NCBI GenBank assembly: GCA_047284725.1
Contig: JBJBEO010000001.1
Coordinates: 888,203 to 952,202, forward strand
Length of the DNA stretch: 64,000 bases
Direction of reading: 5' to 3'
From: Synechococcus sp.
GTDB taxonomy: Bacteria; Cyanobacteriota; Cyanobacteriia; PCC-6307; Cyanobiaceae
Position 1 is the first letter of the stretch; each line of letters begins with the position of its first letter. The notes below the pieces were generated by a model. It saw only the letters and a list, made by a program, of their open reading frames with translations. It had not been told where the DNA came from and did not search any database. Below, piece after piece: positions 1-10,480 of the stretch. A program made the position numbers and the translations under genes.

Positions 1-2
1 CG

Positions 3-329
3 GTTCTGAGTTCAGCAGCGTTGGCCCGTTGTGGTTGGCAGGCTCTGTGGCCCCTGGAGCTGGTGTTGCGTCATCAGCTCTATCAGTTCGGCCTGGGCCG
101 GTTGATGGACTTCAACGCAACGCTTCTACGCACCCACTTCGCCACCTTTTTCTCCTTGCCGCGTGAAGAGTGGTTTGGCTTCCTGACCAACACCTTGCCT
201 CTGCCACGGCTGATGGCGGTGATGCTCAGGTTGTTCGCGCTCTCTCCCTGGGAGTTGCGTAGGGGCCTAGTGCTGGGGGCAGCGTCGCAGCAGAGGCCTC
301 GGTGGGGTGAGCTGACCGCTGACCGTTGA
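3..329 (+). CDS. crtL: Lycopene cyclase (CrtL family), C-terminal part; gene starts before the window
   Basis: Frame open from base 3; WQALWP..RHQLYQFGLGRLM..F..FFSLP..W.GFL is the typical CrtL C-terminus. Confidence 0.8.
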   Translation, partial: VLSSAALARCGWQALWPLELVLRHQLYQFGLGRLMDFNATLLRTHFATFFSLPREEWFGFLTNTLPLPRLMAVMLRLFALSPWELRRGLVLGAASQQRPRWGELTADR

Positions 330-335
330 CCGCGC

Positions 336-1910
336 TCAGGCCTTTACCCTCACCCAATCCGCTGGCTGAATCAGCGGGAACAGGGCGTCCTCCTGCTCCA
401 CGGCGTTGAGCCATCCCTCAGGCAGATCCTTGTCACCAGTGATGGCGCCCATCAGTTGCCAGAAGCGGTCGAGGTGGCGCTGCACCCGTTCTTTGGCCAG
501 TTCGGTGGTGGTTCCCGATCGCAGAATGAAACTCCAATCACTTGATTGGGCGAGGAGGAGTTCGCGACCGGCTTGATGAAGAAGCCTCAGCCCCAGTTCA
601 CTCCCCACCCCGCGGCTGCAGCGATCCACCATGGCCTCGCAGGCTTTGCTCCATTCGGGAATGATCCAGGCATTGGTGTCGTTCAGCCAGTAATCGTGAA
701 ACCCGCCGCGGCCCCAGCTGGAGGGGCAGGGGTCACACACCTGAAGGTTGGGGGTTCCGGAGAGGGCACTGCGCAGGCTGGAGAACTGCACTCCTTCCGT
801 TGGGCCTTGGCGGAACAGTTCTGCCAGGAACCTGGGCCCCTCGAACCACCAGTGGCCGAAGAGTTCAGCATCAAAGGGCGCCACCAGAAGTGGCTCGATG
901 CTCATGCTGGATTGGAGATGGTCGAGCTGGAGCCGACGTCCCTGCAGGAAGTGCTGGGCATGGTGCCTGGTGCGCTCGAACGCCAGCTCCGGCTGGTAAG
1001 GCTGTTTGGCGTCCAGAGGGGCGCTCTGGTCGCTGACGCGGTGCAGCTTCAGACCGAGCGGGCGTTGCCCGGGTAAACCGTGGGCGGCAACCCGTTCAGG
1101 GGGCAAGTCCCAGCCCAGGTCACGGTGGAATTCGCGGTAAAGGGGATCACCGGGATAGCCATCTTTGGCTGACCACACCGGCAGGGTGGCATCGCTGTCA
1201 CGGCCAAAAAAAGCAACGCCGTTGCTGCTCACGATCGGGGCATAAACCCCATAGCGCGGTCTGGGTTTGGCGTGCAGCAGGCCATGGCCATCCAGGATTG
1301 CGTAGCGCAGGCCGGCATCACGCATCCAGAGATCAAGCCCTTCGTAGTAAGCGCATTCCGGTAGCCAGATGCCGAGCGGACGTTCGCCGATCAGGCGGTG
1401 GTGTTCACGCACTGCCGTGCGGAGCTGAGCGCGGACGGCTTCAGGGTGCTCCCGCAGCAGAGGTAAGTAACCGTGGGTGGCTCCGCAGGTGAGCAGATCC
1501 ACGACGCCCCTGCGCTGCAGGGCGGCGAAGCGGCCGATCAGGTCGCCTTCACAGGCCTGCCAGTTGGCGAGATGTCGCCGAATCGTCTGATCCAGATGCT
1601 CGGCGGCTTCGCGACGATCGCTGGGGGCTTCCTGGAGAAGGCCAAGCCGAGCTTCGAGCCAAGCGGGAAAGCGTTGCTGAAGCGTGGAGTCGGCGAGCAG
1701 GGACAACAGGGTGGGCGATGTGCCCATGGTCAGCTGGGGCTGCTGGCGTGGATCGGCCGCTGCTGCCTCAAGGGTCTCCAGGAGCGGCAGGTAACACTCG
1801 ATCAGGGCCTGAAAGAACCAGTCTTCCTCGAGGGAATTCGGCTCGCTGCCACGGACGTAGGGCAAATGGGCATGGAGAACAAGAGCCAGTGCTCCGTGAC
1901 TCACATCCAC
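336..1910 (-). CDS. Glycoside hydrolase family 57 (branching-enzyme-like, DUF1957 C-terminus)
   Basis: [42 protein letters not shown] and [10 protein letters not shown] motifs. Confidence 0.9.
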   Translation of the reverse strand: MDVSHGALALVLHAHLPYVRGSEPNSLEEDWFFQALIECYLPLLETLEAAAADPRQQPQLTMGTSPTLLSLLADSTLQQRFPAWLEARLGLLQEAPSDRREAAEHLDQTIRRHLANWQACEGDLIGRFAALQRRGVVDLLTCGATHGYLPLLREHPEAVRAQLRTAVREHHRLIGERPLGIWLPECAYYEGLDLWMRDAGLRYAILDGHGLLHAKPRPRYGVYAPIVSSNGVAFFGRDSDATLPVWSAKDGYPGDPLYREFHRDLGWDLPPERVAAHGLPGQRPLGLKLHRVSDQSAPLDAKQPYQPELAFERTRHHAQHFLQGRRLQLDHLQSSMSIEPLLVAPFDAELFGHWWFEGPRFLAELFRQGPTEGVQFSSLRSALSGTPNLQVCDPCPSSWGRGGFHDYWLNDTNAWIIPEWSKACEAMVDRCSRGVGSELGLRLLHQAGRELLLAQSSDWSFILRSGTTTELAKERVQRHLDRFWQLMGAITGDKDLPEGWLNAVEQEDALFPLIQPADWVRVKA

Positions 1911-2031
1911 TCCCCATCCATCGCACGAATGTACTGGTATTTCCGGTCCTGATCGCAGGATTGGCGGCGGCCTCTCGCTTAGACTGGGCTATCTCATAGT
2001 CAATCCGACTAGCGCCCCTCTCGAGGTTGCC

Positions 2032-3657
2032 ATGGCCAAGGACCCCGGCCGCGTCTTGATCTTCGACACCACCCTCAGGGATGGTGAGCAGTCTCCTGGA
2101 GCCAGCCTCAATCTGGAGGAGAAGCTGGCGATTGCCCAGCAGCTGGCGCGCCTTGGGGTGGACGTGATCGAAGCGGGTTTCCCTTTTGCAAGCCCCGGAG
2201 ACTTTGCTGCCGTGCAGCGCATTGCCCAGCAGGTGGGCGGTGAGACCGGTCCGATCATTTGTGGCCTGGCCAGAGCATCACGCGCTGATATCAAGGCCTG
2301 TGCTGATGCGGTGGCTCCGGCTCCCCGTCGTCGTATCCACACCTTCATCGCCACCAGTGACATTCACCTCAAGCACAAGCTGCGCAAAAGCAGGCAGGAG
2401 GTGCTGGCGATCGTGCCTGACATGGTTGCCTATGCCCGCTCCCTCGTTGATGACGTGGAGTTCTCCTGTGAAGACGCTGGTCGTAGTGATCCCGAGTTCC
2501 TCTACGACGTGATCGAGGCGGCGATCGCCGCCGGAGCAAGCACCATCAACATCCCCGACACCGTTGGCTACACCACCCCCTCGGAGTTCGGCGGCCTGAT
2601 CACCGGGATCGACCAGCATGTGCCCAACATCGATGAAGCTGTGCTGTCGGTGCATGGTCATAACGACCTGGGCCTGGCGGTGGCCAACTTCCTTGAAGCC
2701 GTCAAAGGTGGCGCTCGCCAGTTGGAATGCACGATCAACGGCATCGGCGAGAGGGCGGGGAACGCGGCTCTCGAAGAGCTGGTGATGGCGTTGCATGTGC
2801 GCCGTCGCTATTTCAATCCCTTTTTCGGGCGTGAGGACGACTCCCCCACGCCCCTCACCGCTGTGCGCACCGAGGAAATCACCAAGACCTCGCGTCTGGT
2901 GTCAAATCTCACCGGCATGGTGGTGCAGCCCAACAAGGCGATTGTGGGAGCGAATGCGTTTGCCCACGAGTCGGGGATTCATCAGGACGGTGTCCTCAAA
3001 AACCGCCTGACTTATGAAATCGTCGATGCCCAGACGGTGGGCCTCAGCGACAACCGGATCTCTCTGGGCAAGCTCAGTGGCCGTAGCGCGGTGCGGGCAC
3101 GGCTTGAAGAACTCGGCTACGACCTCAGTCGCGATGATCTGGATGAGGCCTTTGCCCGTTTCAAGGATCTGGCCGACCGAAAGAGAGAAATCACCGATCG
3201 GGATCTCGAAGCGATCGTGAGTGAACAGGTGCAGCAGCCGGAAGCCCGCTACCAGCTCAAGCTGGTGCAGGTGAGCTGTGGCAGCAGCCTCCAGCCCACG
3301 GCCACGGTCACCCTTGCTGATGAGGATGGTCAGGAGCAAACAACCGCTGCGATTGGCACCGGCCCTGTCGATGCCGTCTGCCAGGCGTTGAATGCCCTCG
3401 CCGGTGAGCCCAATGAACTGGTGGAATTCTCTGTGAAGTCAGTGACCGAAGGCATCGATGCCATCGGAGAAGTGACGATTCGCCTGCGTCGTGATGGACA
3501 GCTGTTCTCCGGCCATGCCGCTGACACCGATGTGGTGGTGGCTGCGGCCCAGGCGTTCGTGAATGCCCTCAACCGCTTGGTGGCAGTCCAGCACCAGCAG
3601 CCCATTCATCCCCAGCGCGATGCTGCCGATGTCGCGGCAGCCCGCCCCAGCCTCTGA
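2032..3657 (+). CDS. leuA: 2-isopropylmalate synthase
   Basis: [41 protein letters not shown]; regulatory domain with GTGPVDA. Confidence 0.97.
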   Translation: MAKDPGRVLIFDTTLRDGEQSPGASLNLEEKLAIAQQLARLGVDVIEAGFPFASPGDFAAVQRIAQQVGGETGPIICGLARASRADIKACADAVAPAPRRRIHTFIATSDIHLKHKLRKSRQEVLAIVPDMVAYARSLVDDVEFSCEDAGRSDPEFLYDVIEAAIAAGASTINIPDTVGYTTPSEFGGLITGIDQHVPNIDEAVLSVHGHNDLGLAVANFLEAVKGGARQLECTINGIGERAGNAALEELVMALHVRRRYFNPFFGREDDSPTPLTAVRTEEITKTSRLVSNLTGMVVQPNKAIVGANAFAHESGIHQDGVLKNRLTYEIVDAQTVGLSDNRISLGKLSGRSAVRARLEELGYDLSRDDLDEAFARFKDLADRKREITDRDLEAIVSEQVQQPEARYQLKLVQVSCGSSLQPTATVTLADEDGQEQTTAAIGTGPVDAVCQALNALAGEPNELVEFSVKSVTEGIDAIGEVTIRLRRDGQLFSGHAADTDVVVAAAQAFVNALNRLVAVQHQQPIHPQRDAADVAAARPSL

Positions 3658-4497
3658 GTGATGTCAGCTTCTGTGCGTGCCAGGGCCAGCGCGATCCTGC
3701 AGCTTCTGCTCTTGATCCTCTTGGCTCTGGTGGTGCTGGTGCCGTTGCTCTGGTTGGTGAGCACGTCCCTCAAGGGTCCGGCTGAAGACATCTTCAGTTC
3801 ACCGCCAGCACTGTTGCCTTCGCAGCCAAGTCTGAATGCCTACGTTCAGGTGTTTGGCTCCAATCCGCTTGGGACTTATCTCCTCAACAGCACGATCGTG
3901 AGTGGATTGGCCGTGACGGCCAATCTGTTGTTCTGTTCTCTGGCTGCCTACCCGCTGGCGCGGATGCGCTTCAAGGGGCGCGGCTTCGTGCTGGCGCTGG
4001 TGGTGGCCACGATCCTCATCCCTTTCCAGGTGGTGATGATCCCCCTCTACCTGTTGATGGTGCAGCTGGGTTTACGCAATACCCTGATGGCTCTGGTGAT
4101 CCCTCAGGCTGCCACGGCCTTTGGCTTGTATTTATTGCGCCAGAGCTTTCTGGCCGTGCCGGTGGAGTTGGAGGAGGCAGCACGAATCGATGGCTGCAGC
4201 AAGCTCGGTGAATGGTGGAACGTGATGATTCCTGCCGCCCGGGCCGATCTGATCACCCTGGGAATGTTTGTGTTTATCGGCACCTGGAGTGACTTCCTCT
4301 GGCCTCTTGTCATCGTTGACGACCCAGCGCTCTACACCCTGCCCATCGGCTTGCAGCAGCTGGCCAGCAGTTTTTCGCTGGATTGGCGCCTTGTGGCAGC
4401 AGGTTCGGTGGTGTCGATCCTGCCGGTGTTGGTGTTGTTTGTGGTTTTGCAGCGTTTCATCCTCCCCAGCGCCAGCAGTGATGCGGTGAAGGGTTGA
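3658..4497 (+). CDS. Carbohydrate ABC transporter permease (CUT1, MalG/LacG-like)
   Basis: Several hydrophobic segments and EAA loop ELEEAARIDGCS; WSDFLWPL. Confidence 0.9.
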   Translation: MMSASVRARASAILQLLLLILLALVVLVPLLWLVSTSLKGPAEDIFSSPPALLPSQPSLNAYVQVFGSNPLGTYLLNSTIVSGLAVTANLLFCSLAAYPLARMRFKGRGFVLALVVATILIPFQVVMIPLYLLMVQLGLRNTLMALVIPQAATAFGLYLLRQSFLAVPVELEEAARIDGCSKLGEWWNVMIPAARADLITLGMFVFIGTWSDFLWPLVIVDDPALYTLPIGLQQLASSFSLDWRLVAAGSVVSILPVLVLFVVLQRFILPSASSDAVKG

Positions 4498-4498
4498 T

Positions 4499-4894
4499 TC
4501 AGGGACTCTGCGTCAGCGGTGTTGTTGGTGTGATCTCGAAGGGATCTGGTTCAGGGGTGGGCTGAAGAAGGTTCTGTTCCAGCCGGAGCTGATCGCTGTG
4601 TTGCTGAGCGGTGCGGCTGATCCGATCCTCCAGCTCCCGTTGGTTGTTCTGCACCTGCTTGAGCTGTTGCGCCAGGAGTTCAGTGCTGACGGATGGATTG
4701 TCCTGGAGGGTTTGTTCGACATCGCTGAGCCGTTGCTGCAACTTGTTGATGCTGGTGGTCTGTTCGCCAATCGCTTGCCAAAAAACAACGAACAGAACGC
4801 TGAGCATGCTCATGCCCGTCACGGGGATCAACATCAAGGCCGCCTGTCTCCACTGCATGGGCCTCAGCCGATCTCCGCCAGTGGTAGCAGGCAC
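4499..4894 (-). CDS. Hypothetical membrane-anchored coiled-coil protein (start may be later, at MQWRQ)
   Basis: N-terminal hydrophobic helix, Gln/Leu heptads, Pro-rich tail; fills the gap between neighbouring genes. Confidence 0.55.
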   Translation of the reverse strand: MPATTGGDRLRPMQWRQAALMLIPVTGMSMLSVLFVVFWQAIGEQTTSINKLQQRLSDVEQTLQDNPSVSTELLAQQLKQVQNNQRELEDRISRTAQQHSDQLRLEQNLLQPTPEPDPFEITPTTPLTQSP

Positions 4895-4926
4895 CGCGTC
4901 AGGATGGAACCCATCGCATAAATGGG

Positions 4927-5175
4927 TTGATGGCGCTTGCCGATTTGGATCAGTTGCTGGCGTTGCGCAACAGCGATCAGGCCCTGGCGGAACGCATGGA
5001 GGGCCCCCTTGATCTGGAGGAGCTGATCGCGCTTGCCGCGGAGCGGGGTCTCGAGGTGTCGGAGTCCGATGTTTTTGAGGCTCAGCGGCGCGAACAGCAG
5101 AGGCGCTCGGCCACTGAGCTGCAACAGGATGCGGCTCAAGAGTCGCGCCGGTTGCGCCATTTCATTCAGGGCTGA
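4927..5175 (+). CDS. Nif11-like leader-peptide domain protein
   Basis: LDQLLALRNSDQALAERM...LEELIALAAERGLEVSESDV fits the Nif11 helical pattern. Confidence 0.65.
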   Translation: MMALADLDQLLALRNSDQALAERMEGPLDLEELIALAAERGLEVSESDVFEAQRREQQRRSATELQQDAAQESRRLRHFIQG

Positions 5176-5388
5176 TCAGCGCAGCATCACCACATCCGGT
5201 GTGACGCCAAGAATCTGACCGATCCAGATGGCGTGGGTCACGGCACCTTCATGGGTGTGAAAGGTCCAGGCCTGTTGCGGTGATGTGACGGTTTCGATGC
5301 GTTCATCGTCGCCCGTCACTCTCAGATAGGCCCCAGCCCGGGGACAGCGGAGCACGAAACGCTCGAAGGCAAAGGTGGAAATCCCCAT
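5176..5388 (-). CDS. Small hypothetical protein
   Basis: 70-aa ORF with ATG start abutting the Nif11 gene; globular composition. Confidence 0.55.
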   Translation of the reverse strand: MGISTFAFERFVLRCPRAGAYLRVTGDDERIETVTSPQQAWTFHTHEGAVTHAIWIGQILGVTPDVVMLR

Positions 5389-5485
5389 GATCGTTCTCGC
5401 TGAGACTCACTCCTGCCATAGCGGTCTACTGGCAGGGTCCCTGGGTCATGACCGGATTTTCTCCAGGTCTGTGATGCGGCTGGTC

Positions 5486-5929
5486 TCAGCCCGAGGCTGT
5501 CTCGCTGGTTGGCATCGGTGAGCTTCGGATCCACTGCAGTCCGTTCGGTGCCACAAGGGTGCTCTGGTGGCCGCCCTCACGAAACCAGCTCCCTTCACGA
5601 GGTTGAAGCGCCGGAAGGTCCATGTCCCACTGTTGGCGGAAGTAGGCCCGTTCGGCGTCTTGGCTGGCGGGGGAAGAGTGACGCCAGTGCACCAGCGTGA
5701 GTTCAATCGCTTGGATTGACACCACGGCCAGGCGTTCTCCCTCGCTGCTACCGGCAACGATCTGCTCGTCCACGTTTTCCTGGCTGATGAACAGCCTGAG
5801 CCTGCTGCTGGTGTCGCGGCCGTCGAGTGGATACTTGCTGAGGTACAGCGAACGTGCCCGTTTGAACAAGGCAGATGGCGCTCGTTGCATCAGGCTTTCA
5901 AAGGCCTGTTGAAGCCTGGTGCTTGGCAT
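5486..5929 (-). CDS. Hypothetical protein (MPSTRLQQAFESLMQRAP...)
   Basis: Only the last 147 aa of the 348-aa track ORF look protein-like; ATG at 5929. Confidence 0.55.
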   Translation of the reverse strand: MPSTRLQQAFESLMQRAPSALFKRARSLYLSKYPLDGRDTSSRLRLFISQENVDEQIVAGSSEGERLAVVSIQAIELTLVHWRHSSPASQDAERAYFRQQWDMDLPALQPREGSWFREGGHQSTLVAPNGLQWIRSSPMPTSETASG

Positions 5930-6214
5930 CGGCACGGTGACCTGAGTGATACTGGTGACAGTTTGCCGTCTGGACCAGTGGGAGAGCGTCGTCGGCTTCG
6001 CTATCGACTCGTTGCACTGGATGGCAGCCCCCATCCTGTGCTCGACGCTCCCTATGAGTCGATGGAAGCGGCGGCGGCGGCGGCGCAGCGTTGGTGTACG
6101 GGGCAGGGGCGCCAGTTGGCGATGGGGGACAACGGAATTGGCGTGGAGGTGCAGACCAGCTGTGGTGCATGGCGTACGGTCGACTACCCCCTCAGTTGCC
6201 TGCGATCCCGCTAG
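5885..6214 (+). CDS. Small hypothetical protein; true start probably downstream of 5930
   Basis: RYRLVALDGSPHPVLDAPYES...GIGVEVQTSCGAWRTV resembles a picocyanobacterial conserved hypothetical. Confidence 0.55.
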   Translation: MHQAFKGLLKPGAWHRHGDLSDTGDSLPSGPVGERRRLRYRLVALDGSPHPVLDAPYESMEAAAAAAQRWCTGQGRQLAMGDNGIGVEVQTSCGAWRTVDYPLSCLRSR

Positions 6215-6240
6215 ACCAGGGCTGCGAGTGGCTGGCTGTG

Positions 6241-6549
6241 ATGTGGGTGAGCGTGGATCTGTGTGTGGTGCCCCTGGGGGTGGGCGTGTCGTTGGCTCCC
6301 TATGTGGCGGCCTGTCAGCGCGAGATTGAGCGGGCTGGCCTGGAGCATGAGCTCGGCCCCAACGGCACGGCGATTGAGGGTGACTGGGATGCGGTGTTCG
6401 CCTGTGTGCAGGCCTGTCACGCCGCGGTGCATGCCCTAGGAGCCCCTCGGGTCTACACCACGCTGAAGCTGAACACCCGCACCGATCGGCAGCAGAGCTT
6501 CCGCGACAAGGTGGCCAGTGTCCAGGCCGCATCGGACGCTCGTCCCTAA
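6241..6549 (+). CDS. MTH1187/YkoF family thiamine-binding protein
   Basis: MWVSVDLCVVPLGVGVSLAPYVA...GPNGTAIEGDWD...RVYTTLKLNTRTD; ATG at 6241. Confidence 0.85.
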   Translation: MWVSVDLCVVPLGVGVSLAPYVAACQREIERAGLEHELGPNGTAIEGDWDAVFACVQACHAAVHALGAPRVYTTLKLNTRTDRQQSFRDKVASVQAASDARP

Positions 6550-6653
6550 GGAGGGGTTGGCGTTCTCGAGGCTTGAAAACCGGAGAACTTCCAACGAAAT
6601 GAGGCCCAATCCCCTGACAACGGGTCCAATGAGACCAGGAATGGGATCAATGA

Positions 6654-7172
6654 ATGGTGAGGTTTCGTTCCTTTGGACTGCCCTTGGCGCTGGGGTTGAT
6701 TCTTGGTGTGGGGGCTGGTCCTGAGGTCAGGGCTGAAACCTGGGATCGCATCGGCAGCTTTGCGGCCACGCTCCGTCGGGCGGGCACGTCCACGCTCGTG
6801 GCTCGCGATTGCCCAAGCAGTCTTCTTGGTGCTTTCCACTCCCAACGCAATGCTCTGCTGATCTGTGCCAACAATCTCCCCAATGATCCGGTGGAGATTT
6901 GGGGGGTGTTGGCCCATGAGGCCGCCCATGTGATGCAGCACTGTCGGGGCGGGCCGCTGCTCGTTGATGGCCAGCTTGAACGCGCGATCGCCCGGGTGCA
7001 GGCCAGATCGCCACAGATTTTGAAGGAGCTGAAGCTTTATCACCGCAGCCAGTATCGCGATGAAGTGGAGGCACGCCTGGTTCAGACGCTGCCTGCCGAC
7101 CAGGTGGAGGCTCTCTTCGCACGGTTCTGCGCTGATCGCCTTGCTTCCCCCTTGGAGGACCCAGCTCTCTAG
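6654..7172 (+). CDS. Exported hypothetical protein with HExxH zinc motif
   Basis: Signal-peptide-like N-terminus, LAHEAAHVMQHC and downstream EVEAR. Confidence 0.65.
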   Translation: MVRFRSFGLPLALGLILGVGAGPEVRAETWDRIGSFAATLRRAGTSTLVARDCPSSLLGAFHSQRNALLICANNLPNDPVEIWGVLAHEAAHVMQHCRGGPLLVDGQLERAIARVQARSPQILKELKLYHRSQYRDEVEARLVQTLPADQVEALFARFCADRLASPLEDPAL

Positions 7173-7247
7173 GGGAGCGACGCCTCCGTCGTCAGGCGAC
7201 TGAAGCCGCGCTTCTACCGTGTGGTGGCGAAGATCGGGCCGGCAGCC

Positions 7248-7652
7248 ATGAACACCAGTGTGCGCGGTTATTGGACCATGACCTGGTTGGGGTTGGTGGG
7301 CAATGTGCTCGCCCTGCCTCTGATCGCCTGGTTTGCCTTTTTCACCCCTGAGGCCTTCAGGGTCGCCAATGTCAGCCTGGCGTTTGCATTGGCCTGGCCC
7401 GCTGCGGTGGTGGGGATCGTGGCGTCGGCCGGGTTGTTGGCGGCGCGCCGCTGGGGCTCCGTCGTGGCGCTCGTGGCCTTGTCGATGGCCCTGGCGGCCT
7501 CTCTTCCCTACGGCATCGTGCGTTTTGCGCTGTATTGGATCGGCGGTGATGCCTGGTCGATGGGTGCCATCGCCGTCCTGTTGGCGCTCTTGAATCTGCT
7601 GGCGTTGCTGTACTGGTGCCAGCCCTCGTTGCGTCGGGGTGGGCCGCTCTAA
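7248..7652 (+). CDS. Hypothetical four-TM membrane protein
   Basis: Four hydrophobic segments; stop codon abuts the RluA start. Confidence 0.65.
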   Translation: MNTSVRGYWTMTWLGLVGNVLALPLIAWFAFFTPEAFRVANVSLAFALAWPAAVVGIVASAGLLAARRWGSVVALVALSMALAASLPYGIVRFALYWIGGDAWSMGAIAVLLALLNLLALLYWCQPSLRRGGPL

Positions 7653-8300
7653 ATGCCCAGTCTTGGCGGCTGTCCTTTGCTGTACAGCGATCCATGGCTG
7701 CTGGTGGTGGACAAACCGGCGGGTTTGCTCTGTCAGCCGGGTCTTGGCCCTGCACTGGCCGATTCCTTGATCAGTCGTCTGCAGCTTGAGGAGCCGGGCT
7801 TGCGCTTGATTCATCGCCTCGATCGCGACACGTCAGGTCTGCTGCTGGTGGCTCGCTGTGCTGAGGCCTTGTCGACCTTCAGCACAGCCTTCGCTCACCG
7901 CCGCATTCACAAGTTGTATGTGGCTGATGTTTGTGCTGATCCGCCTGCCCTCTCTGGTGTTGTGGATGCTCCCTTGGCGCGGTTGCAGCGCTCACCGCCC
8001 CGCTATGGGCCCCATCCCCAGGGGCGTCCCAGTCGGACGCGCTGGCGTTCCTGGGCTTGGTCCAATGGTGGCCGGCGGCTGTGGCTTCAACCCCTCACAG
8101 GTCGGTCTCATCAGTTGCGGGCCCACCTTGCTGACCTGGCTTGCCCGATTCAGGGGGATCCGATCTATGGCTGCACTGGCGAGCCCTGCGCATCGGGGCG
8201 CATGCATCTGCACGCCACAGCCCTGAGTCTGCGCCATCCCTTCAGTGGTGAACGGTTGCGATGCCGCAGTGAAGTGCCGTTTCGGCGCTTACCGGTGTGA
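7653..8300 (+). CDS. RluA-family RNA pseudouridine synthase
   Basis: VDKPAGL, IHRLDRDTSGLL (catalytic Asp), TGRSHQLRAHL, GDPIYG, LHATAL. Confidence 0.93.
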   Translation: MPSLGGCPLLYSDPWLLVVDKPAGLLCQPGLGPALADSLISRLQLEEPGLRLIHRLDRDTSGLLLVARCAEALSTFSTAFAHRRIHKLYVADVCADPPALSGVVDAPLARLQRSPPRYGPHPQGRPSRTRWRSWAWSNGGRRLWLQPLTGRSHQLRAHLADLACPIQGDPIYGCTGEPCASGRMHLHATALSLRHPFSGERLRCRSEVPFRRLPV

Positions 8301-8328
8301 TGAGTGAGTCAGCGTTGTGTCTGATCCT

Positions 8329-10458
8329 TCAGGCCGGGAAGCCCCGTTTGTAACTGGGGATTGGATAGGGGATGCGGCGATGACGCATGCGCCGCCACAC
8401 CCTCACAAAGGCGCGAATCACGAGCTCCAGTTCAGCGCGACTGAGGCTGCTCAACTGCAGCTGTCCATCCCACTGCCGGGCCTCCACAATGCGACGCACT
8501 GTGCGTTTGGCATCGGCATCACTGGTGTCGGGGGGCAGGGACCGGAGGGCGGCTTCGCAGCCATCGGCCAGCATCAGGATCCCCGTTTCCCGTGACCGTG
8601 GGCGTGGTCCCTTGTAGCGGAAGCGGGCTTCAGGGATGGCGGGGTCGGCTTCCCGTGCCTTATGCAGGAAATAGCCCATCTTCAGTGTGCCCTGGTGCTC
8701 TGGAATGAAGTCGGCCAGGGGGCGGGGCAGGCGATGGCGGCGCGCCAGTTTCAGTCCTTCATCCACATGGGCCTGGAGAACCCCGGCACTGGCCAAGGGG
8801 TCGTTCAACCGATCGTGGGGGTTGACCGCATCACCCACCTGATTCTCGATAAACCATTCCGGCGCATGCAGCTTGCCCACATCGTGATAGAGGGAACCGG
8901 TTCGGATCAAGTCAATATCGGCGCCGATGGCCCTGGCCCCTTCCTCCGCCAGGCCACAGATCATCAAGGTGTGTTCGAAGGTGCCTGGCGCTTCTGAGGA
9001 CAGGCGGCGGAGCAGCGGGCGCTCTTGGTCGGCCAGTTCCATCAGCCGGGCCCTGGTGAGCAGGCCGAAGGAGCTTTCCAGGATGGGCAGCAACAGGATG
9101 GCCACCATCAACAGAATGCCCAGCAGCAAGGCTTCTGAAGCGAGCTCGCCGGCGTCAGGTGCTAATCGTGTCCAGGCGCTGACGCCGGCATTGATCTGGC
9201 TGCGCAGCAACAACCACTTCACCGCGAGGGCTGCCAAGGGCAGCACCACGGTCAGTTGGAGCAGCTGGGCACGACTGCGCACGCGGCCGGCTTGAAGGGC
9301 CGCTACCACGGCAATCGCCGCTGCGATCATCAGCCGACCTTCCCCCAGACCATTCACCGGTTGCGGCCACAGCAGGCTGGCAATGGCCAGCCAGGCCAGG
9401 CCACAGCTGGTGCCCAGCCCCTGGGCCAGCAGCAGCGTGGGGGGCACCAGCAGCGCAAGAGGACTCACCGCCGCGCCGAACCAGATCTTGCTGCCCTGCA
9501 CTAGCAACAGCAGCCCCAGGGCCAGCAGGCCGTGGGACTGCTCCAGGCAGGGACGCTCACGCCGCATGATCAGCAGCATCACGGCGCAACCCGCCAATGC
9601 TTCCGTGAAGCGAGCCAGCCAGATCTCCAGCCTGGGGCTGCGGCTCACAAACCCGAAGTAATCGAGCACGTCGTAGGCCTGGGGGCTGATCGGCTCTCCT
9701 TTGCTGGTGATCAGGCTGCCCTTGGTCACCTTGATGGGGGGAACGCCTTGCTGCGTAATCAAGGTTTCGATCTTGCGCTGGCTCAGCAGAGCGTCGGTGC
9801 GCAGATTGCTCGAGCCCTGAAAGGCCGTGGCGAGGAGCTTGCTGCCGATGGTGCGGGCGGGGGTGCTGGCGTCCCCGAGTTCCTCCAGTTGGAGCGACGC
9901 CGCATCGCGTAGTTCGCTCACCGCCAGGCTGTTGACCAGGCCTTGGCTCAGCATGCGTTTCGCCGCCTTGCGCACTGCTTGATGCCACTGTTCTGTGGTT
10001 TGCGGCGTCTGGTTGGTGAGCCAGAGCTGTTCCACAGGGGTGAGATTCACGGGCCCGACGCGATCAGCTTCGTCGCTGCGGGCCACCCGCTCCAGTTCGC
10101 TCAACTGACGTTCGAGACGCTCACGCAGGCGTTGGCTTTCCTGTTGGTCAATGACCTGGACAAAGGTGTGAGGGACCAGGCTGGAGCGGCGTTGCTCCAG
10201 GGCCTCGCTGTCGGGAACCAGGGCGTCTTTGGGGGCGACTTCATCAAAGGGAGCGGGCATGCCTGGGCGCAGATTCGGCTCCACCAGCCATGGCCAGCTC
10301 GACACCATGGCCACCAGCAGACAAACCAGAAGAAGACCGGCTTTTTGCGATCGCTTCCACCGCAGCACGGGCCGTCGGGGGGATTCATTGCGCAACCAGC
10401 TTTGCCAGAGCCGATGCAGGCGATGAAGGCGTGCCACAGCAGGGTGCGTTGAATTCAA
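8329..10458 (-). CDS. 7TM-HD (HDIG) phosphohydrolase, PgpH-like cyclic-di-AMP phosphodiesterase family
   Basis: Extracellular domain, multiple TM helices, APGTFEH, YHDVGK, FIENQ, EHQGT, RYKGPRP, MLADGCEAA. Confidence 0.9.
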   Translation of the reverse strand: MNSTHPAVARLHRLHRLWQSWLRNESPRRPVLRWKRSQKAGLLLVCLLVAMVSSWPWLVEPNLRPGMPAPFDEVAPKDALVPDSEALEQRRSSLVPHTFVQVIDQQESQRLRERLERQLSELERVARSDEADRVGPVNLTPVEQLWLTNQTPQTTEQWHQAVRKAAKRMLSQGLVNSLAVSELRDAASLQLEELGDASTPARTIGSKLLATAFQGSSNLRTDALLSQRKIETLITQQGVPPIKVTKGSLITSKGEPISPQAYDVLDYFGFVSRSPRLEIWLARFTEALAGCAVMLLIMRRERPCLEQSHGLLALGLLLLVQGSKIWFGAAVSPLALLVPPTLLLAQGLGTSCGLAWLAIASLLWPQPVNGLGEGRLMIAAAIAVVAALQAGRVRSRAQLLQLTVVLPLAALAVKWLLLRSQINAGVSAWTRLAPDAGELASEALLLGILLMVAILLLPILESSFGLLTRARLMELADQERPLLRRLSSEAPGTFEHTLMICGLAEEGARAIGADIDLIRTGSLYHDVGKLHAPEWFIENQVGDAVNPHDRLNDPLASAGVLQAHVDEGLKLARRHRLPRPLADFIPEHQGTLKMGYFLHKAREADPAIPEARFRYKGPRPRSRETGILMLADGCEAALRSLPPDTSDADAKRTVRRIVEARQWDGQLQLSSLSRAELELVIRAFVRVWRRMRHRRIPYPIPSYKRGFPA

Positions 10459-10480
10459 ACGCTAGCTCCAACGAGCGGGC

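Noticed and set aside
6068..6086. (GCG)n run as a contingency repeat
   Set aside because: In-frame poly-Ala triplet; length change would not switch the frame.
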